This document shows, piece after piece, positions 47,839 through 57,051 of a DNA stretch of 64,000 nucleotides. The notes beneath the pieces were generated by a model. The model was not told the origin of the DNA and did not search any database. It was given only the letters and a program-made list of their open reading frames with translations. Each line of letters opens with the position of its first letter. Position 1 is the first letter of the stretch. Position numbers and translations under genes: made by a program. Source of the DNA: an uncultured Poribacteria bacterium (GTDB lineage Bacteria; Poribacteria; WGA-4E; WGA-3G); the NCBI GenBank assembly GCA_951828515.1, contig OX639992.1:2146217-2210216 (forward strand), written 5' to 3'.

Positions 47839-47937
47839 AATTTGGTTTCTCCTTATCTGTTTTAAATTTACCTACAATATATTAACACCCCAAAGTTTTA
47901 GGATGCAAATAAATAGACCTAAAAATTCACTTTCAAA

Positions 47938-48294
47938 TTACGGACGAAACATCTCCTTAATATAGGCGAGTATCTCCCGTTGTTCCTCATCACTGAGGTA
48001 ATAGTAGAACGCCGGCATATCGTCCTTTCCAGCATTGATGCTATCCAGCAATTGTTCATCACTGTGCATATCCCAGAGACCGCTGTCTGTCAGGTCTGCG
48101 GGATCCAACCTTTTGAAACGTCCGATGCGTCCGTTGCCCTCTCCGTTGTTGCCATGGCATCCAGCGCAATACCGAGCGTACTTGTATTCAACCTCCGACT
48201 GATACTTCGTACTCGGGTCAACCTGCTTAGCCAACCAGATTAAGCCGTTGAGCCATACCATAATCATGACGATAATGACCACAAGGTGTCTCAT
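47938..48294 (-). CDS. Small class I cytochrome c
   Basis: N-terminal TM, CAGCH, distal Met in DMPAF. Confidence 0.88.
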   Translation of the reverse strand: MRHLVVIIVMIMVWLNGLIWLAKQVDPSTKYQSEVEYKYARYCAGCHGNNGEGNGRIGRFKRLDPADLTDSGLWDMHSDEQLLDSINAGKDDMPAFYYYLSDEEQREILAYIKEMFRP

Positions 48295-48470
48295 TTTTTA
48301 ATTATTCCTTGCGGAGTAATAAAGGGCGTTTGAAGTGTCGGATGCGTTCCATCTATCTGAAGAAAGGGAAACGCCCTATCAAAAACCCCAAGCAAAAACA
48401 CGCAGGCGGATATGAGAAATACACGCAAAAATCTTAACACACGCAATTTCTCCGCAAGGTAAAATTAAAA

Positions 48471-51400
48471 TTAGCGTCCCAAGGAGATGAGGTAATCTCG
48501 GACGAGTCGAATCTGTTTTTCAGCATCATTGTCAACATAACCATCGAGTGGCATGTGTTGTCCACCAACGAGGGGCCATGCTTGCGGCATCGCTGTTCCG
48601 GGTTGGAACGACTGCGGATCTTTCATCCAATCAATGAGCCAATCCGCCTTGAGTCGCTCTTTCGCCAACGCAAGATCGGGGCGTCCTGCCTTGTCACTTC
48701 CTTCAGGAATAGTCTCACCTTTTGCGGGATGGCAGGAAATACACTGAAGTACGTCAAAAATCTGCTTCCCGACTCGTAACTCAGCACTCGTCGGTGTTGG
48801 CGTTTCAAGCGTTTCATAAGGGAATGGTTCATTATCAAGCGCGGAGAAGTATTTAACCAGCGTTGTCGCCTCGTCATCAGATAATCCGAATGTCGGCATC
48901 CGTACTTTGAGTCCGTATCGGATGTCTGAGGGTTCTTTGAGGAATGTAAATAACCAATCTGGATACACTCTTGCGCCTTCCGCTTTCAAGGGTGGCGGTG
49001 CCACTTGCTTGGCAACCATCTCGCTCAACCCTTCATGTGCGATGATAACATCCTGATAATCACCGCCCGCGCCTTCAATCTCGTGGCATCCGGTGCAGTT
49101 ATATTTCTTGACCAATCGCCTACCCGCATCAATGTCGTTCAATTTCTCGGATCGGTTATGGATATAACTCAGCGGATACTGCTCCGGTTGAAAACTCTTC
49201 AAAAGCACGGCGATCGCTCTCGCGTCTTCATCGCTAATCTGGAAGACTGGCATCCGAGAAACAATCCGGCGGGTTTGATAACGTCGTGGATTGGTAACTT
49301 TACCGAGCGTCCACCCCGTCCAACTGTGTTCAATGCCCACCGTGTCGCCGAAGTCAAGTTCATCAGCGAATTTCGCGCCGAATTCGCCGAGATCCGCACC
49401 GACTTTTGACTCATTCTCAAAACCGGGAATCGTGTGACAACCGAAACATCCATAAGTCCTGACGAGTGCTTCACCTTCCGCTACATCTACTTCGCCGATG
49501 GATTCGGTAACTGCGTTGGTCGTTGCTTGCTGTAAACTCATCAGATAGGCGACGACGTTGTCAAGTTCGCCGGCACTTAACCGCAAACTCGGCATACTCG
49601 TATCCGGGTCATACGCTTTTGGATCGCTAATCCACTGGTGGAGGTAACTCGCCGTAACCTTTGTGCCAACACTGTCAAGTGCCGGGGCAAAATCACTCCC
49701 TAACCCATCGACGGCATGACATGTGAGGCAACCAACAGTTTTGACGGTTTCCTCGCCTGCTTTAATAGCACTTTCGGATGTGGAATACTTGGAATTGGAT
49801 GCATCCAATTCCGCATCATTCATCGCAGCAAGGTAAGCCGAGATAGATTTCACCTCATCAACAATGCGGAGGACATAGCTATCAGGGTAAGGATACTCTG
49901 TGCCATCGTCTGTTTTAATGACAATACCATTGGCTGTTTTGGTAACAACCCCGGTGCGCATCCCACCGTTTTTAAGGTAGACGATCTGCGTCATACCGTC
50001 GGCTGGGAAGAAATTCGGCATTTTCGCATTTGATAGATAAGCTTCAGGGTTCTTAATCCAACTTTCAAGCCATGCTGTATCTTTCACCTTACTGCCGACT
50101 TTTGCCAAGGATGGACCAACTTTGGCGATGTTATCGAGGGCACTATACCCTTCAACAGCGTGACATCCGTGGCATCCAAGGTCTTCAAAGAGTGCCAATC
50201 CCTTCGTCAAATTCGGTGCATAGTCTTGTGGTTCATCCGTTTCAGGATTCACACCGTAATCTAACATCATCACGCCATCGTGACAGCGGCGGCAGTTAGA
50301 CTCCATATACCCTTCTGTTTCTTCAGATGTTCTGCCGGTATGTTCATCTAATCCGAGGACAGGGGTGAGCCAGTATTCAGCGTGCGTCAAGGCGTGGGCG
50401 GATTTCGCTGTGAGTGCTTGACCTTGCCCACCATGGCACGGGGTACACCCGAACCTATCAACCGGATGCTTGTCGAGAAGCACATCGCGGTGGGGATGCG
50501 TCTGAAGGACAGGACGATAGCCGGTCTCATAAGAGATTTCAATTTCACCGAAGACATCCACGTCACTGAAGGTAAGCGTGCCATTTTCCTCTAATGTATA
50601 TTCATCCGCTTCTGCGTCAAATCCATCTATTATAACACTCTCACTACCGACCTTAACGCTTGCGTGCTTGAGACGATGTATAACAGGATTTTCGCCATCA
50701 CCTTCCACCTCAAACATCTCTTGTCCGGACTGTTCGTAACCCTCTTTATCAGCGGAGAAGTGACAGGTAGCACACCGATCTGCGGTATGATTAAAGTCTT
50801 CAAGATAGTATTGAACGATGGTTCGTGTTTCACGGAAAGGATTTTCTAACAGACTCCCCAAGAAGGTTCGCTTAATACCGCCGACCGAATGCAGTTTTTC
50901 TTCAAGGCGCGTAACTTCTTCGTGTTGTGCTTTGTCGGCTTGCAATGATTGAAAGGATGCTTGTGCGGCGGCGATACCCGCAGTAATTTCCGTATCCGTA
51001 GGATTATATTTCTGGGCGATGAGATAGGTGCTGAGGGCACTCTGTGCGTCCCCATTGGTTTGATAAAATTGCGCCAAAGCCTTGTTCGCATTTGCAAAGG
51101 TTGCTTCTGCGTTCAAAACGGCTTCGGTGAGTTCGCCTTCAATTTGGGACTCATAATCCGCTAATTTTTCCTGCCATCTATCAACGGTAGCATTGTGTTT
51201 ACCCTTCGCTTCATGGAGACTATGCTGATATTTATAGTTAATGGCATCGGATTCGCTCTGTCGGAATTTGCGTTCTTGCAGTGCTTCTTCTACGGCGACC
51301 TGAGCGTCCCTGACTTCCTTCGTTAACCGACCAAGTTCCTTTGCGTCAGGTTCTTGAGGTGTGGGGAGTTCAGGCAAAGCCAATTGTGCATTCTCTAATT

Positions 51401-51581
51401 CCGCGCTTGTTTTCTCATACTCATATTGATAAAATTGCTGCTGGACCTGCTTCCACGGACGACGAGTAATCATCTCATCCCAGAATCCCCATATCGTCAC
51501 CAGTCCTAACAATCCGGACAAAATAAAGAACAAAGCAGAATACGACTTACTCTCAGCAGGAATTTCCTTTTTGCTCCTCAC
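48471..51581 (-). CDS. Membrane-anchored octaheme cytochrome c associated with the Rieske/cyt b complex
   Basis: Eight CxxCH motifs (CATCH, CTPCH, CRRCH, CHGCH, CLTCH, CFGCH, CTGCH, CISCH); N-terminal TM and coiled coil. Confidence 0.9.
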   Translation of the reverse strand: MRSKKEIPAESKSYSALFFILSGLLGLVTIWGFWDEMITRRPWKQVQQQFYQYEYEKTSAELENAQLALPELPTPQEPDAKELGRLTKEVRDAQVAVEEALQERKFRQSESDAINYKYQHSLHEAKGKHNATVDRWQEKLADYESQIEGELTEAVLNAEATFANANKALAQFYQTNGDAQSALSTYLIAQKYNPTDTEITAGIAAAQASFQSLQADKAQHEEVTRLEEKLHSVGGIKRTFLGSLLENPFRETRTIVQYYLEDFNHTADRCATCHFSADKEGYEQSGQEMFEVEGDGENPVIHRLKHASVKVGSESVIIDGFDAEADEYTLEENGTLTFSDVDVFGEIEISYETGYRPVLQTHPHRDVLLDKHPVDRFGCTPCHGGQGQALTAKSAHALTHAEYWLTPVLGLDEHTGRTSEETEGYMESNCRRCHDGVMMLDYGVNPETDEPQDYAPNLTKGLALFEDLGCHGCHAVEGYSALDNIAKVGPSLAKVGSKVKDTAWLESWIKNPEAYLSNAKMPNFFPADGMTQIVYLKNGGMRTGVVTKTANGIVIKTDDGTEYPYPDSYVLRIVDEVKSISAYLAAMNDAELDASNSKYSTSESAIKAGEETVKTVGCLTCHAVDGLGSDFAPALDSVGTKVTASYLHQWISDPKAYDPDTSMPSLRLSAGELDNVVAYLMSLQQATTNAVTESIGEVDVAEGEALVRTYGCFGCHTIPGFENESKVGADLGEFGAKFADELDFGDTVGIEHSWTGWTLGKVTNPRRYQTRRIVSRMPVFQISDEDARAIAVLLKSFQPEQYPLSYIHNRSEKLNDIDAGRRLVKKYNCTGCHEIEGAGGDYQDVIIAHEGLSEMVAKQVAPPPLKAEGARVYPDWLFTFLKEPSDIRYGLKVRMPTFGLSDDEATTLVKYFSALDNEPFPYETLETPTPTSAELRVGKQIFDVLQCISCHPAKGETIPEGSDKAGRPDLALAKERLKADWLIDWMKDPQSFQPGTAMPQAWPLVGGQHMPLDGYVDNDAEKQIRLVRDYLISLGR

Positions 51582-51609
51582 GAAATTTTCTCCCTTTTTC
51601 TAATTTCCC

Positions 51610-52476
51610 TTAAACATTGAACCACGGGGATACCCAGATGTATTTTACATTCAAAACCACACGCAGAATCATTTTTATCGGCAGCGCGAGCATGGTTAAG
51701 AACAGAAATGAAACGACGATATATCGGACAAGACCCAGTTCCTGTAAGAACTGGCTACTTTTAGACTTCCATAAGTAGAAAAGGGGACCGATTGCAAAAT
51801 AGCCTGCAACCATCACGAACCCGAAAAAGTTCGCGGTATCCGCATCACGGATGCCGAAAAGATACGACAAATTCACATTTGTCAACGGGACAACGAGATG
51901 TGGATCCCACGCTTCCCATGGCGCAAAGAAGTTCCATCCGGGACCTCTCAGGAATGTCCCAACGACCATCAGAACGATCCATAAAATGATAAATCCGAAA
52001 CAGAATACTCCAAGCGCGAAGGGACGCTCTTTTATTGTGTAATATCCCTTGCCCTTCGGATTGATGTCAATGTACGGAATAGCAACCAGGCCTGCGATGA
52101 TCAGTCCAGGGAGCACCACTCCAGCAATCCACGGATCGAAATAAACGAGCATTTCCTGAAGTGCCAGGAAATACCACGGTGCTTTAGAAGGGTTCGGTGT
52201 CTTCGTCGGATCACTGGGTTCCTCAAGCGGTGCATCAATCATAATCGACCACACACCGAGCACGAGCATCACGATAATAGCGCAGATAAACTCATTCCGG
52301 CACAGATAGGGCCACACGTAAACCTTATCGTTAAGAGCGGCATCCGAGGGGACACCTGTTTTGTCCGTCTGGCGTGCCTGCCGGTATGAAAGCCAGATGA
52401 AATAAGGTATCAAAAAGAGAATAGCAACAATGGGGACATTATCCGGCTTTGTCACCAATGCTATAAGATGCTCCAT
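51610..52476 (-). CDS. Cytochrome b C-terminal / subunit IV-like protein
   Basis: APLEEP.DP..TPNP.KAPWYF..LQE; PYID; RP; multiple TM helices. Confidence 0.85.
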   Translation of the reverse strand: MEHLIALVTKPDNVPIVAILFLIPYFIWLSYRQARQTDKTGVPSDAALNDKVYVWPYLCRNEFICAIIVMLVLGVWSIMIDAPLEEPSDPTKTPNPSKAPWYFLALQEMLVYFDPWIAGVVLPGLIIAGLVAIPYIDINPKGKGYYTIKERPFALGVFCFGFIILWIVLMVVGTFLRGPGWNFFAPWEAWDPHLVVPLTNVNLSYLFGIRDADTANFFGFVMVAGYFAIGPLFYLWKSKSSQFLQELGLVRYIVVSFLFLTMLALPIKMILRVVLNVKYIWVSPWFNV

Positions 52477-52665
52477 ATTCGTCTGCTCCTTTTCATAGCC
52501 ATCAGTATGGATTTTTTCAAAAATCCTTTCAGTTATCAGCCGTCAGTCTCAAGAGATGCGGATGCATCATAACTCTCTTAACTCAGATTCTCCCACGCTC
52601 TTCAAAAGCTTTGTATCAGTAGGCGTGGGTGAGTCTGGGCTGACTACTGACGGCTGATAGCTATT

Positions 52666-53436
52666 TTATAGAGGTCCAGAGATACCACCGTCTTTACGGA
52701 CTCGCCAGAAATGTAAAGCCATTAGGACGCTTGCCAACAGAGGCACCGCAACGCAGTGTAAAATATAGAACCTCAATAACGTTGAGGGTCCTACGATCGT
52801 ACCCGCCAGCAGCGCGAATCGAACATCGTTGGATTGTGTGATGTCCTGTGGGGCGAATGGACCTTCATGCCCCAAAACCGGTGTCGCACGTGCCATGTTC
52901 GTGCCGACAGTCACAGCCCAAAATGCCAGTTGATCCCACGGTAACAGATAGCCCGTGAAACTCAGGAAAAATGTCACAAGCAACAAAATAACCCCGACTG
53001 CCCAGTTGAATTCTCGAGGCTTCTTATAGGAACCGGTCAAGAAAACCCGGAACATGTGCAGCATCACCGAGATAACCATTCCGTGTGCCGCCCAGCGGTG
53101 CATGTTCCGCAGGAGCATGCCAAACGGAATGTCAAATTCGAGGTACTGGACATCGTGGAAGGCGTATTCAGCTGTTGGTCGATAATAGAACATCAGAAGT
53201 ACGCCAGTGACGGCTGTCACGAGGAACATGAGGAAAGTGATACCGCCCATGCACCATGTAAATCGGAAGTTCAACGCGTGGCGAGAAATCCGGGGAGGAT
53301 GGAGATGTAACCAGACGTTTTGGAGGACCTGTAAGGTATAACGGCGCCCAGTGTCTTCATATCCGTGGCGGAACATAGAGCGCCAAATGTCGGAATTCGT
53401 AATCTTTTCTTTGAGCCCTTTACGTTCTTCGTTCAT
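52666..53436 (-). CDS. Cytochrome b6-like N-terminal subunit
   Basis: WCMGG (heme ci Cys), HRW..H ... H heme b ligands, PREFNW, TGYLLPWDQ, RFY.LH ... HF. Confidence 0.93.
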   Translation of the reverse strand: MNEERKGLKEKITNSDIWRSMFRHGYEDTGRRYTLQVLQNVWLHLHPPRISRHALNFRFTWCMGGITFLMFLVTAVTGVLLMFYYRPTAEYAFHDVQYLEFDIPFGMLLRNMHRWAAHGMVISVMLHMFRVFLTGSYKKPREFNWAVGVILLLVTFFLSFTGYLLPWDQLAFWAVTVGTNMARATPVLGHEGPFAPQDITQSNDVRFALLAGTIVGPSTLLRFYILHCVAVPLLASVLMALHFWRVRKDGGISGPL

Positions 53437-53551
53437 ATTTTTTTAGCAAATTTCGACGTGGACGTTGCGATACTGGCTTTGAAACTGCGCCCTACAACGC
53501 CGAAACGCCTTTTCTACCTGACGGGAGCCAGGCACAAATGCTCTCCTTTCT

Positions 53552-54040
53552 TCAGACCTTCAAAAAGGAGCCTGGGTCGGTCCACTGCCCCTTCTCACCT
53601 AAAAACTTCACAGACTTGTCGATTTCGAGCTGTCCATCTTCTGCCAAAATAATTTTAACACGTTCAAGGGGTCGTGGCGCAGGACCTTCGTAGTTAACGC
53701 CCTCTCGATCGAAACCGCTGCCGTGACATGGGCACTTGAATTTGTTCTCAGAACCGAGCCAGCGCGGCGTGCACCCGAGGTGTGTGCAAATCGTTAAGAG
53801 CGCGTAGAACTCGCCGTCTTGCTTCCGGACAATCCAAACACCAAACGGCTCTTTTTTGAATTTTTCGCTAACGCTACCCGGTGGATATTCTGCTGGAAAT
53901 CCTGCTTTAAAAACAGAGGAGGGTTCAAACAGCACACGTGGATACAAATACCGAACCAATCCCGGTCCGAAGGTCAACCCCAATGCAGCAACGAAATTCC
54001 CCCAGCCGAGAAATTTAAAAAATTTACGTCGAGATACCAC
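53552..54040 (-). CDS. Rieske [2Fe-2S] subunit
   Basis: Tat motif SRRKFF, CTHLGC and CPCHGS, GPAPRPL. Confidence 0.95.
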   Translation of the reverse strand: MVSRRKFFKFLGWGNFVAALGLTFGPGLVRYLYPRVLFEPSSVFKAGFPAEYPPGSVSEKFKKEPFGVWIVRKQDGEFYALLTICTHLGCTPRWLGSENKFKCPCHGSGFDREGVNYEGPAPRPLERVKIILAEDGQLEIDKSVKFLGEKGQWTDPGSFLKV

Positions 54041-54107
54041 TTATACCCCCGATCTTGTAGGATAACGCTTACGCGCTACACCCACGAATTAAAGGTAAAT
54101 CGCAAAC

Positions 54108-54137
54108 ATTATAACCCAAATTTGAAATAAATGTCAC
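54108..54137 (-). promoter_or_regulatory. Proximal sigma70-like promoter of the respiratory cluster
   Basis: GTGACA-18 nt-TATAAT. Confidence 0.5.
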
Positions 54138-54261
54138 CAAAATCTTTCCGCATTTGGAAGCCTGTTCTGCACAAACTGGACCCACGCATCAATTCCAGAG
54201 GGGTTCAATCGAAAGCACACTAAAACCCCATCACCGCAATATTCGCGCATGAGCGTTAATT

Positions 54262-54290
54262 ATTATAACATGTCTTGAAAAGTTTGTCAA
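54262..54290 (-). promoter_or_regulatory. Consensus sigma70 promoter with extended -10 upstream of the respiratory cluster
   Basis: TTGACA-17 nt-TATAAT with TG extension. Confidence 0.85.
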
Positions 54291-54453
54291 CCAATTTTTA
54301 AATTTTCTTAGGGCATTCAGTTTTCAGCAATCAGGGGTCAGTAAGAATCGCGAGCACAACTCGCTCCTATAGCGAGGTATCCGAAATTGGAGGCACTTCC
54401 TACAAGAGAACTCAATGACCTTAAGAAATCGTAAAATTATCCATTTCTTCAGT

Positions 54454-54848
54454 GTCAAAACTCCATCCTTTAGAGTGGAGATGTAGACGCTGTTTCTCCT
54501 TGAAATAATGTGTTGCGTGTGCTATAATACTTTTAGAGTGTAAGGTTGCTATAGAGGGTTGTTACACACCTCTAAGGTTAGATGCCTATAGTGTAAAGCT
54601 CTAATATCTAAGACCCTGAAAGTTGTAGCTTACAGTCGTTAGTAGGGAAAGACAGGTGATGCTGAATCCCTTTTGAAATATACGACTCAAAACTTTTCGT
54701 AAGGTGCTTTTTAGCACGCAGTCAGGATAGTGTCTGTTGCAGGAGGCTGTGTAAGACTTTTGTAAAAAAGCGACGGTCGTTGATCGCACGAATGCTTCTG
54801 CAAAGATGGTTTTGTAGAAGCCACATGCTTTAGCATGTGGTCTATCAC
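54454..54848 (+). mobile_element. Non-autonomous IS200/IS605-type element (no ORF) carrying a TnpB-type omegaRNA end
   Basis: Left end GTCAAAACTCCATCCTTTAGAGTGGAGATGTAGACG; right end AGAAGCCACATGCTTTAGCATGTGGTCTATCAC (hairpin + TCAC); internal promoter; no coding frame. Confidence 0.7.
54500..54528 (+). promoter_or_regulatory. Sigma70 promoter inside the IS605-like element
   Basis: TTGAAA-17 nt-TATAAT with TG extension. Confidence 0.75.
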
Positions 54849-54938
54849 GTTCAATTCTCCAACGATTTGTGTTAAAATCTAACCCAGAAATTTCCCAGTT
54901 TTCAGAAATCAATAACCCACAAACAAAGGAGAACCGAG

Positions 54939-55727
54939 ATGATTCGTTTTACAATCAGTTTAATAATGGTAGGTTTCATGTGTGCGCAAGTCAGCAACGC
55001 TGAAATCGACCCGAACACTATCGTCGGCGCGTGGTTATTCGATGAAACAGGTGGAAAAGTCGCCAAAGATTCATCCGACAATGGCAACGACGGCGACCTC
55101 GTCGGTGGTGCGAAATGGGCAAAGGGTAAATTTGGTAACGCCATTGAACTCAACGGTAAGGACGCTTGGGTCACTGTGCCAGAGATTGAACCGCTTGAGG
55201 ACTTTACGCTCATGAAATGGTTCAATTCGACAGGTAGGGTTGGATTGTGGAGATGCTTCTTCAATCGTGACGGTTGGGCTGCCGGATACGTCCATTATCA
55301 ATTCCGTCCGGACAACAAGATGGAAATGGCTATTCACTCTAATGCCCCAGTCCGACATCCGGGGTGGCCTGATTCGGATTTCACGGCGGACAAAGACATC
55401 TTGGATGAATGGTTTCATCTCGCAGTTGCCTACAGCAGCAACGATGAAGAGGTTCGCGTCTACTTCGATGGCGAACTTGACGCAGAGGGTAAATGGGGAC
55501 CTTTGCCAGGAGAATTTGGACCCGGACGGATCGGCTCCTGGGATGGTGGCGGCAGAGAATGGGAGGGTCTGTTCGACGAAATGCTACTCTTCGATGTCGC
55601 ACTGGAGGCAGACGACATTCAGATGCTCATGGATAACGGGTTAGAAGCCACGCTTGCTGTCGAACCGGCGGGTAAACTTACCACAAGTTGGGGGGAACTT
55701 AAGTTAGGACGGACACACAGTAGGTAG
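54939..55727 (+). CDS. Secreted LamG-like domain protein
   Basis: AAGGAG RBS, signal peptide, WLFDE..G..AKDSS.NG, WFHLAV.Y...YFDG, FDEM; C-terminal VEPAGKLTTSWGELK. Confidence 0.88.
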   Translation: MIRFTISLIMVGFMCAQVSNAEIDPNTIVGAWLFDETGGKVAKDSSDNGNDGDLVGGAKWAKGKFGNAIELNGKDAWVTVPEIEPLEDFTLMKWFNSTGRVGLWRCFFNRDGWAAGYVHYQFRPDNKMEMAIHSNAPVRHPGWPDSDFTADKDILDEWFHLAVAYSSNDEEVRVYFDGELDAEGKWGPLPGEFGPGRIGSWDGGGREWEGLFDEMLLFDVALEADDIQMLMDNGLEATLAVEPAGKLTTSWGELKLGRTHSR

Positions 55728-55826
55728 GCAGGAACGCAGCACAGACAATCTCCGATAGGCGCGCTTCCACGCGCGCCCGGAGATTCTGCTCCGCTGCTTG
55801 ACTGTCATTTGCGTGTCCATAGTTCG

Positions 55827-56885
55827 TTAGTTATCTACCTGCTTTGAGTCGGTCTTCTTTAGTTCAGCCCAGATGACGATTGTCTTTACTTTGAGATTAG
55901 ACGGGGCAGCTGGTGCGTCATTAAGGTTAATCGTGAGCTCATTGAAAAACTGATTACCTTCAACGTCCATCGTATGCAACTGAACCTTATCAGATTTCAG
56001 GAACATTTTTCGGTGAACATTGAATTCAATAGTGAATGTTCCAGCGGACAATGTTCCCCAGCCTACAGCTTCGTTCCTGCTGACACATTTAAGAAAAGAC
56101 TGATGTATCCTATTTTTATTTTTAACATCAAAAACGATGCGGATATAACCAGTCCTCAACTCAAATTTTTCAGCTTTCGTGACGATAGGAAAGGCTTTGA
56201 TGTGCCTTCTGTTATTGAAATATCGGTTCTTATCAAGCCATCTCACTTCTTCTGGAGAAAGAAACGTGATGTCGAGATCGTAACTGGGGTTATCGTCCAC
56301 CGACGCGACCATTACAAAATCCTTTCCGTCTTGGTTGTGTTCCAACCCAAAAGCATGTCCCATTTCGTGCGCAGTCAAAAACGATGATAATGTATTTCGG
56401 TTTGCAGGAATTATAGGATAGTTTGCACAGAATTCGTCTACGACATTATTAGCGTTGTCCCGCCAAGTCTTACACCAGTTTGCATTGAATGCCCCTCCAG
56501 CAATCTTTTCTGCACCGGCGACATATACAACTCGTAGCCCGTTCTCATCGTTAAATCCCTCACCGAGCGCGTTATTGACTTCATCAACGATAAGATTAAT
56601 ATCGCCATACTGCCTTAAGGTTTTCTTACCCTTGATATTGTGACAGATCACCTTGCCATCGCCGTCGGTTTCAAGGTTGAATGTCTTGTATCCGTAACCG
56701 TGTCGATTCATCTCTTTGGCGTAGAACCGCTGAGTGTTCAGCAGGATATTTGCTTTCGCTTTCATTTCTGCCTCTAAAGGCACCCCCATATCAGACGGTG
56801 TTAGGTAAATAGCACGAACCAGAGGTTGATTTGCGTAGACATAGGTAGTAGACAACAGTATTACTATCAGGGTAAAACGCTTCAC
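55827..56885 (-). CDS. Secreted metzincin-type zinc metallopeptidase
   Basis: HEMGHAFGLEH (HExxHxxGxxH) followed by Met-turn FVM; GTG start after AAGGGA with signal peptide; C-terminal KTIVIWAELKK. Confidence 0.8.
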   Translation of the reverse strand: MKRFTLIVILLSTTYVYANQPLVRAIYLTPSDMGVPLEAEMKAKANILLNTQRFYAKEMNRHGYGYKTFNLETDGDGKVICHNIKGKKTLRQYGDINLIVDEVNNALGEGFNDENGLRVVYVAGAEKIAGGAFNANWCKTWRDNANNVVDEFCANYPIIPANRNTLSSFLTAHEMGHAFGLEHNQDGKDFVMVASVDDNPSYDLDITFLSPEEVRWLDKNRYFNNRRHIKAFPIVTKAEKFELRTGYIRIVFDVKNKNRIHQSFLKCVSRNEAVGWGTLSAGTFTIEFNVHRKMFLKSDKVQLHTMDVEGNQFFNELTINLNDAPAAPSNLKVKTIVIWAELKKTDSKQVDN

Positions 56886-57051
56886 TTCGGATTCCCTTTT
56901 CGGATTGCTCGAAATTAGAATTTTGAGGATTTTGATTAGATAATGATGTGAAAAAGTCGCGAATGCCTCTGTATGGTGCTTATCACTTTTCAACCGTCGT
57001 AATGGTAGCAACCTTGACAAAAGCAAACTGAATGCCTTGATGTGCCTTATA

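Noticed and set aside
54601..54912. 103 aa minus-strand ORF
   Set aside because: Antisense to the IS605-like element, crosses its boundary and has no protein motif
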